Shown piece after piece: positions 56,984 to 64,000 of a DNA stretch of 64,000 nt (positions are counted from its first letter, which is position 1; every line of letters starts with the position of its first letter). Origin of the DNA: Pachysolen tannophilus NRRL Y-2460 (Eukaryota); assembly GCA_001661245.1 (NCBI GenBank), contig KV454015.1, forward strand, positions 670,924 to 734,923, given 5' to 3'. Under the pieces are notes generated by a model. It made no database searches. It saw only the letters and a list, made by a program, of their open reading frames with translations, and was not told the origin of the DNA. The translations under genes were made by a program, and so were the position numbers.

Positions 56984-59900
56984 TCACATTATCGACACAA
57001 TAGAAGTTCCATCTTGAAATCTTGTTCTGAAAACCCTATTCGCATTGGTGTACATACCTTCTTTCAAACTAACAACAATAAACTGAGAACCCTTAAATCT
57101 AGTCTTGATTATGTGACCTATATTTTGAGTATGACTTAAATCCAACGCAGCATCAACTTCATCTAAGATATACATTGGAGCAGGTTTAAACTGTAACAAG
57201 GCCAAAATCAATGATAAAGCAATTAACGATCTCTGACCACCTGATAACTCGACCAAACTCTCTTTCCAAACTTTACCTAATTTTACTTTAACTTCTAAAC
57301 CATCTGAAACTTCTTTATTTTCAGGAGGAACCAATTTAGCAAAGGAATTAGGTAACAAGTCAGCAAATATACTTCCAAAATCCGCAGAAACTTTCTCCCA
57401 TGTTTTCAACAATGTCGACTTTTTATAATCATTCAAGGTATGAATAGTTTCTTCTATTTTGGATTTATCTTTCTCAATGGTTTTTATCATGTGTTTTAGC
57501 GATGCTTCTTGCTTTTCAACACGATCTATTGTGCTCATAATATTTGCGTTTACTTTTCTTTTCATCCCCTGATATCTATTTTCTAATTGATGAACTCTTT
57601 CGTAACATTCTTCAAGGTTGATATTTGGATATTGCTCCAAAACGTTATTTAAAGAATCCTGGTCTTTAATCCACTCGTTTTCTTCAATTATTTTTTCTAA
57701 ATGCTGCTTTATGCTATTATTCAGAGATGACATTTTCGACAATTCATGTTCCAATTTCTGGATTTCCAATCCTTTATCATTATGAGAGTTTGTTTTTAAC
57801 TTTAAAACCTCTGTTAATTCATTCAATTCATCATCTATCCCTAGCAAAGTTGCCTTTTCTGATTCCAATTGTAATTTTATTGAATTCAAAACCTCATTTT
57901 TCTCTTCAATTTCCTTTTGAGTTTCCTTCTGATGTTTGCTCAAATTTTTCAAATTCAAATTTATTTCTCCAACAGAATTTTCAAAGCTAACCAAATCGTT
58001 ATCAATCTGTTCTTTTTCGACATTTAATGACTCATAGTCTTCAAATTTTTGGTCCGCATCGGCCTCTAGTTTAGATATATCATTTCTCAACAACTCAACT
58101 TCTTTTTTCAATTGCTTCAACTTAGATCCTTTATTAGAATCAAATTCTTTCATATCTTTCTGAGTTTGAGCTATCTCAAGTTCAAACTTCTCTACAAATT
58201 GTTCTTGTTCTTCGATGCTTTTATTCAACTCTATGATTTCATTTTCGTTTCTTTCATTTTTTTTCAATATAACTGTAGCAGGATTTGACTCTAAATTTTT
58301 TTCAAGGATTTTCAACTGATGCTCTGAAAGATTCTTTTTTTGCTGAATCTCTTTTGTCTTTTCGTATAGCTCTTGCTCCTTTTTTAACAGGCTATAAACA
58401 TTATCTAATTCCTGTTTGACTTGATTTAATTTCTTTTCAATCTTGTTGTACTGCTGAATCGTTGATAATAGTGTACCTCCATTCTTACGGGAGCCACCAG
58501 ATAAAGTACCATTTGGGTCATAAATATCACCTTGCAAAGTAACTGAAGTAGTTTTAATATTCGGGTGAAAAGTGACCTGCTTGGCTGAATCAGCATCATG
58601 ACAAATCAACTTGCTCCCAAATATAAACTCCATTGCCTTTGAAACTTCTTGCTCATAACCAATTAAGTTCAATGCCAATTCAACTTTCCCTGGACATAAT
58701 GATTTTGCTAACGCCAAACTTTTAGAGTCAAGAGTTTTTGCAGAAATTTTATTTAAAGGAATAATTGTGACTCTTTTACGTAACTGACCTTTTTCTAATA
58801 ACTGAGCACCTATGGCTTCTGTGTCAACAACAACATTGTATAAGCGACCACCTGCACATACTTCTAAAGCTGTTGAAGAATTAAGGTTGTCCTCTGAAAC
58901 AGAAAATAATTGGGCAGCTATTCCCTTGACCGATTTTCTATCGAAATTAGGCGTAGGATTTGAATAAGAAAATTCCAAGTTAGAAGTTCTTCTCTTTAGT
59001 TGTTCTAGTTCATTATTAAGTTGTTGAAACTCTTTTTGTAAGATAGATTCTTGATATTTCAAGTTTTTCATATTTTCAGAATCATAACCTAATCCGGATA
59101 ATTTAGATAAAATAGCTTCATGATTTTCTCTTTCATTTTGTAACTCTTCTAAAGTCTGCTTATTTTCCTGTTTAGCTTTCTCCAATTTTGGTTTATCTTT
59201 TTGAATTTCTGCCCTCAAATGTTGTTGTTTTATTTTACTTTGTTCAATTTTAACCTTACAATTTGCTAAATTTTTTCTAGCTTCTTGTAATTGGGAAATA
59301 TATCCACCATCAGATGAACCTTTAGAATTAAGACCAGTTGATAAAGTTGATAACAATTCTTCTTTTTTGATTAATTCATGCTTCAAATCATCTAATTTTT
59401 TTTTGGAAGAAATATGTTCTTGATGCAATTTTTCTAGATGTCCAACTTTGCTTTCGGAAAGTTTTTTATTTTCTTCAATTTGTTTTTCCAAATTCAGTAA
59501 TTTAGTTCTTTCTTCATTAATATTTTCTCTTTTCAAATCTAAGGAAGTTGATAATCTAGTAATTTCTTTTTGAATTTCTGTTTCAGATTTTTCTAGGTCT
59601 CTCACAGTGCCTTCTTTCTTTAGTTCAGCTTCTTTTCTTTCCTTTATCTTGGATAGATCTTCGTGTAACGAACTTATTTCAGCACCCAATTTCTCAATAT
59701 CATTTTTAAGATCTGAGTAATAATCTTGTTTTTCTTTTAATATTCCAGAATGTTTAGCATTTCTAGTATTATAAATATTAAAATCATGTGCGGCAACAGC
59801 TCTTTTCAAATTTTCTAATTCAGATTGAGTTGTTTGAAAATCAATAAACACTTTTTTATCATTTCTTAATCTTTCAAGCTTTGGTTCAATCTCTTCTTGT

Positions 59901-60496
59901 AACAACGTTGTAATCTCATGTAATTTAATATCTTTTTTTGCCATTGTCTTTTGAGCTTTTTCTCTTCTATCCTCATACATCTTTGTTCCAGCAGCTTCTT
60001 CAATCAATGCTAAGATTTCCTGTGGCTTCATATTTAAAACTTTTGTAATTTTACCTTGCATGATCAAGAAATTTGGATTATTAATATTTAATTGAACACT
60101 TTGAAATAATTGTAATACATTAGCCTGTTGAGCTCTATGACCATTTACAAGATATTTCGATATCCCACCAAGCGCTATTTGTCTAGTGACACTGATCTTA
60201 TTATGAGACTCAAACCCTATTGGAGACTTTGATTTATCTGTATTATCAAACACAATAGTTACACTTGCTTTGGTAACTCCTGCTTGACCTCTTTTATATA
60301 TTAAATCTTGTAAATTCGAAGCTCTAACCGTTGCCATCGAAGAAATACCCAAGACAAAACAGATCGCGTCTAAAATATTGGATTTTCCTGAACCGTTCAA
60401 TCCAGTAATAGCATTAAACAGTGGGTCCCATTGGGATACCACTGTTCTAGTTGCATACGATTTGAATCCATCAATAATTAATTCCTCAACCTTCAT
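56984..60496 (-). CDS. SMC2: Condensin SMC subunit
   Basis: IIDGFKSY, GLNGSGKSNILD, hinge GGRLYNVVVD..GTLSGG, LSGGQRSL, ILDEVDAALD. Confidence 0.97.
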   Translation of the reverse strand: MKVEELIIDGFKSYATRTVVSQWDPLFNAITGLNGSGKSNILDAICFVLGISSMATVRASNLQDLIYKRGQAGVTKASVTIVFDNTDKSKSPIGFESHNKISVTRQIALGGISKYLVNGHRAQQANVLQLFQSVQLNINNPNFLIMQGKITKVLNMKPQEILALIEEAAGTKMYEDRREKAQKTMAKKDIKLHEITTLLQEEIEPKLERLRNDKKVFIDFQTTQSELENLKRAVAAHDFNIYNTRNAKHSGILKEKQDYYSDLKNDIEKLGAEISSLHEDLSKIKERKEAELKKEGTVRDLEKSETEIQKEITRLSTSLDLKRENINEERTKLLNLEKQIEENKKLSESKVGHLEKLHQEHISSKKKLDDLKHELIKKEELLSTLSTGLNSKGSSDGGYISQLQEARKNLANCKVKIEQSKIKQQHLRAEIQKDKPKLEKAKQENKQTLEELQNERENHEAILSKLSGLGYDSENMKNLKYQESILQKEFQQLNNELEQLKRRTSNLEFSYSNPTPNFDRKSVKGIAAQLFSVSEDNLNSSTALEVCAGGRLYNVVVDTEAIGAQLLEKGQLRKRVTIIPLNKISAKTLDSKSLALAKSLCPGKVELALNLIGYEQEVSKAMEFIFGSKLICHDADSAKQVTFHPNIKTTSVTLQGDIYDPNGTLSGGSRKNGGTLLSTIQQYNKIEKKLNQVKQELDNVYSLLKKEQELYEKTKEIQQKKNLSEHQLKILEKNLESNPATVILKKNERNENEIIELNKSIEEQEQFVEKFELEIAQTQKDMKEFDSNKGSKLKQLKKEVELLRNDISKLEADADQKFEDYESLNVEKEQIDNDLVSFENSVGEINLNLKNLSKHQKETQKEIEEKNEVLNSIKLQLESEKATLLGIDDELNELTEVLKLKTNSHNDKGLEIQKLEHELSKMSSLNNSIKQHLEKIIEENEWIKDQDSLNNVLEQYPNINLEECYERVHQLENRYQGMKRKVNANIMSTIDRVEKQEASLKHMIKTIEKDKSKIEETIHTLNDYKKSTLLKTWEKVSADFGSIFADLLPNSFAKLVPPENKEVSDGLEVKVKLGKVWKESLVELSGGQRSLIALSLILALLQFKPAPMYILDEVDAALDLSHTQNIGHIIKTRFKGSQFIVVSLKEGMYTNANRVFRTRFQDGTSIVSIM

Positions 60497-61230
60497 TCGC
60501 CCAGAAATTTAACTCTTTTCTTATTTTTTTTTTAATTTTTATTTTTCAAAACAAAATAAATAAATATAACCGAGCTTAATCCATTAATTTCAAATCCAAC
60601 AATCCAAATCACTAGGATCCGCAGTCAATATCGATCAATCTCTTTTATTTCCCTTGTTTAATTAGTTGTTTTGTTTATTGTTTATCTTTTAAACGCGGTT
60701 ACAAATCATCTTTTCCATCTCAAAATTTAGGTCGTGTGAAAATTGACAAATTTTGTTTTTCATTTTCTCAAATCATCACCAAATTGAGAAATGTGAAGGC
60801 TAACTGATGGAAGTCACCTTGGGTTTGGGCGGATCTTTAAATTTAATCAATGTTTTTTTTTTTTTTTTTATGTTTATTTCTGATAAGTTATACCAATTGC
60901 TTTTAGGTCAATCAGAGGTTGAAGATATTACAGTTTTATTTGAAGTTATAATTGTTGATCGGTGAGGTTGTTGGTAATTTGTGTTTTTTTTTCTGCTTTT
61001 TTTTTTTTTTTTTTGATTTTTAATTCCTTTCGTCATTTCGTTGTACCTTTACCATTTTTGTCTTTTAGAAACATTTTACTGGATCAAGATCAATTTCAAT
61101 CAAAAAAAAAAAGTGATTCGGATATTTTCATTTTTTCTTTAGTATTTATTCTTATCGACGTATTATTTATTGGGAATTTGCATTAGGGGTACCTATAATT
61201 GGATTTTTTTCCAACGTTTAATAATTGAAG

Positions 61231-63339
61231 ATGGATTATATAAAAGTTGCCAAAGTTGAGGATGTGATACTCTATAAAAAAGGTTTTTCTATAAATGGGT
61301 CCTTGCATCTTACAACGCATCATTTGATATTTACATTGCCTCCACCTTCTGAAGATGAACCTTCAAAAGGTTCCAGGGAATTATGGCTATGCTATCCGAT
61401 GATTGAAAAAGTTGAATTCAAATTGGGGTCATCATTATTATGCCTACAAGAAAATGGTTTATCCAATTCGACGTCATTTACAGATGAAAACAAAAGTGAA
61501 GTGAAATTATACGATGGTGCTAATATAAGGATAAAATGTAGGGATTTCACATATTTAGCATTTGATTTCCCCAATGTCAAACAGTGTAATGATGTATTTG
61601 AAAGTATGATGAAATTAACATGTTTGAATGTTATTGAAAAAGTTTATGCATTTATATATACCCCATTGAAAATTGAATTGCCTTATGATGGATGGAAAAT
61701 GTATAATCCAATCGATGAATTTAAAAGACAAGGTATTATTAATTGGAGAATTACCAATATTAATGAAAATTATCGTTTTTGTGAATCTTATCCTGGTTTA
61801 TTATTAATACCATCGACTATTTCAGATAATGTTTTAAAACATGCTGCAAAGTTTAGATCAAAAAATAGAGTTCCAGTATTAACTTATTATTATAAGAAAA
61901 ATGGTTGCTCGATTACCAGGTGTGCACAACCATTGGTGGGTTTAAAACAATCAAGATCTTTCCAAGATGAAAAATTAATTCAAGAAATTTTTAGAACAAA
62001 TAATAATCAGTCAAATAAAAACTTGATAGTAGATGCAAGACCTTTGACAAATGCAATGGTTCAAACTGCTTTAGGTGCTGGCACCGAAAATATGGATAAC
62101 TATAAAAATTATTGCAAAAAAGTTTTTTTAGGAATTGATAATATTCATGTTATGAGAGAAAGTTTAGCAAAAGTGACAGATGCTTTAAAAGATGGCGATA
62201 TTTCAAAAACACTGCAGCAAAATCCTAACAAAGAACAACTAATTAAATCTGAATGGTTGAAACATATTTCAACATTGCTTTCAGGAGTGGATATATTGAT
62301 CAAGACAATACATTTGAATAATAACCATTTGCTAATACACTGTTCTGATGGATGGGATAGAACCTCTCAACTTAGTTCATTGGTACAATTATGTATTGAC
62401 CCATATTTTAGAACAATTGATGGATTTATTGTTCTTGTTGAAAAAGATTGGCTTTCATTTGGTCATAGATTTAATGAGAGATGTGGATTCTTACAAACAG
62501 AAACAAAATTTGTAAATAATTCAGAATATCAACCTAACTCGTCCAATCAAGCTCAACAATATATAAATCAAGTTTCAAATCATTTCAAGCTGCGGAAGCA
62601 TTTGAAGTATACGTCTCCCATTTTCCATCAATTTCTTGATTGTGTTTATCAATTGATTAGACAATACCCAGATAGATTTGAATTTAATGAAAGATTTTTA
62701 AGAAGGATATTATATCATTTGTATTCTTGCCAATATGGAACTTTCCTATATGATTCCGAATATGAAAGAAAATCAGTCAATTTAGACCAAAGAACAAGAT
62801 CAGTATGGGATTATTTCAAAGCAAGACAAATGGATTTTACAAATCAAAACTTTAAAAGAGATAATGACAACATTGATGATGTATTATATCCAAAGATAAG
62901 TAATGTAGAATGGTGGCATCAATTGTTTCAAATCAGTGCAAGCATCAATTTTCCAACAGCTACAACGTTTTCTTTGGATTCTGTGAGGACAAAGCTGACA
63001 CCTTCTAAACTGGAAAGTAATGATAGTACTTCAAACGGTGACCATGGCAATACTAGAAATAACAATATCAATGACTTGACATTACAAAATTTGACACATA
63101 AAGCTGGCGAATTAGAAGAAAGTTCGAGTCAAACAGGGGCGAATTCAAAGGAGGAAGAGGAGAAAGGGGAGGAAGAGAATGAAAAGTTGGATGATGAACA
63201 AAATAAAGATGACAATCAGGAAATATTGAAGGAAGCCAGCGTTATTGAAGGTATAACTGATGAAAACGGAAATGTAATAATGAATAAGCTTCAAATTGAA
63301 GAGTTGGTTAAAGAAGCTGCTAGTAAATTAAGTTTATGA
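61231..63339 (+). CDS. YMR1: Myotubularin PI3P phosphatase
   Basis: GSLHLTTHHLIF, HCSDGWDRT catalytic motif, LVEKDWLSFGHRF, SPIFHQFLDCVYQ. Confidence 0.94.
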   Translation: MDYIKVAKVEDVILYKKGFSINGSLHLTTHHLIFTLPPPSEDEPSKGSRELWLCYPMIEKVEFKLGSSLLCLQENGLSNSTSFTDENKSEVKLYDGANIRIKCRDFTYLAFDFPNVKQCNDVFESMMKLTCLNVIEKVYAFIYTPLKIELPYDGWKMYNPIDEFKRQGIINWRITNINENYRFCESYPGLLLIPSTISDNVLKHAAKFRSKNRVPVLTYYYKKNGCSITRCAQPLVGLKQSRSFQDEKLIQEIFRTNNNQSNKNLIVDARPLTNAMVQTALGAGTENMDNYKNYCKKVFLGIDNIHVMRESLAKVTDALKDGDISKTLQQNPNKEQLIKSEWLKHISTLLSGVDILIKTIHLNNNHLLIHCSDGWDRTSQLSSLVQLCIDPYFRTIDGFIVLVEKDWLSFGHRFNERCGFLQTETKFVNNSEYQPNSSNQAQQYINQVSNHFKLRKHLKYTSPIFHQFLDCVYQLIRQYPDRFEFNERFLRRILYHLYSCQYGTFLYDSEYERKSVNLDQRTRSVWDYFKARQMDFTNQNFKRDNDNIDDVLYPKISNVEWWHQLFQISASINFPTATTFSLDSVRTKLTPSKLESNDSTSNGDHGNTRNNNINDLTLQNLTHKAGELEESSSQTGANSKEEEEKGEEENEKLDDEQNKDDNQEILKEASVIEGITDENGNVIMNKLQIEELVKEAASKLSL

Positions 63340-63809
63340 ACGGAATGTAGCCTACTTACATATAGATGTAATTCTTAATATACGGGAATTGAAGCTTTGG
63401 AACATACTAAACAAAAAGCGTTAAGTCGTATTATTTGGTAGTATTGATTTTTTTAAAAATTCTCAAAATTTTGTATGGAGATACCTGCATATGCAGAAAT
63501 TTTTCATTTTAGGGGAACACATATAAAGGGGAACGTAAAAGATAATCTGTAAAGTAAAAGATTTATATAGTTAGAAGTTCCCAACTATTTATACATACAA
63601 CTATATAACCTTTCGGTTGTACTCTCTTATTTTTAATTTTTTTTTTTTTTTGGTCTGTAAAGCTATTTGTATTTCTACCTAAAAATTGTGTTTTCTTTTT
63701 TTTTTTGAAGATAATTCTGTTTTAAATTCTCACTTATTTTAACGAATACCTATTTGATATCTTTAATGTTTGAGTTATCTGTATATTTTTTAACCCGCTA
63801 AGACGCAAG

Positions 63810-64000
63810 ATGATGTCCAGCTTAGCCATACATTATTTTAGACAAAGAGATCCAGATAAAAGGTTTAAGCCCCGAATTACGCGCGAACGTTATGCTTCTC
63901 ATGATTGTGGATTCTCACGACAAGAAATTATTCTTCATCAACATGTACTTGGGTCTTCCTATAAAACCAAAGTCAAGCTAAACTGGAGCAAATTCGACAA
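63810..64000 (+). CDS. Possible 5' part of a gene running off the window
   Basis: ATG at 63810 open to the window end (MMSSLAIHYFRQRDPDKRFKPRITRERY...), higher complexity than flanking DNA. Confidence 0.45.
   Translation, partial: MMSSLAIHYFRQRDPDKRFKPRITRERYASHDCGFSRQEIILHQHVLGSSYKTKVKLNWSKFD

Noticed and set aside
1..64000. tRNA, rRNA, CRISPR arrays, intact transposons or LTRs
   Set aside because: No cloverleaf with A/B boxes, rRNA, repeat-spacer array, or transposase/RT ORF recognised by eye; tRNAscan-SE and Rfam were not run.

Overview
AT-rich, gene-dense nuclear scaffold from a budding yeast (Saccharomycotina), with about 34 protein genes, short GT-AG introns with TACTAAC-type branch points, many homopolymer/microsatellite tracts and one N gap (21138-21619). 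In-frame CTG codons sit at positions where orthologues I recall have Ala (Ies6, Anp1, Afg1-like, V-ATPase subunit f), so the organism probably uses the CUG=Ala code (Pachysolen/Nakazawaea-type clade) and the supplied standard-code translations are probably wrong at CTG. Recognisable genes: MRP2, an ASH1-like SET methyltransferase, SDH4 family, Acinus-like RRM, CDC1, AFG1-like, V-ATPase f, JIP5, NUT2, MET16, RHO1, IES6, TCA17, SRX1, PQ-loop, RPL8, RPL29, MET10, VID28, TPO2/3, BSP1, ANP1, PXP2-like, GLY1, MUP-like, SMC2, YMR1. Top finding: directly downstream of GLY1 is a tandem paralogue that has lost its PLP/catalytic residues, gained an N-terminal BED zinc finger and carries an internal polyQ/acidic insert, a candidate enzyme-derived transcription factor. 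Also notable: three genes broken by one-base-short poly(A) runs, a recurrent intergenic RCACGAC motif, a gene with two AAG acceptors, 5'UTR introns and a candidate structured ncRNA. All family calls come from motif recognition and memory; no database search was run.
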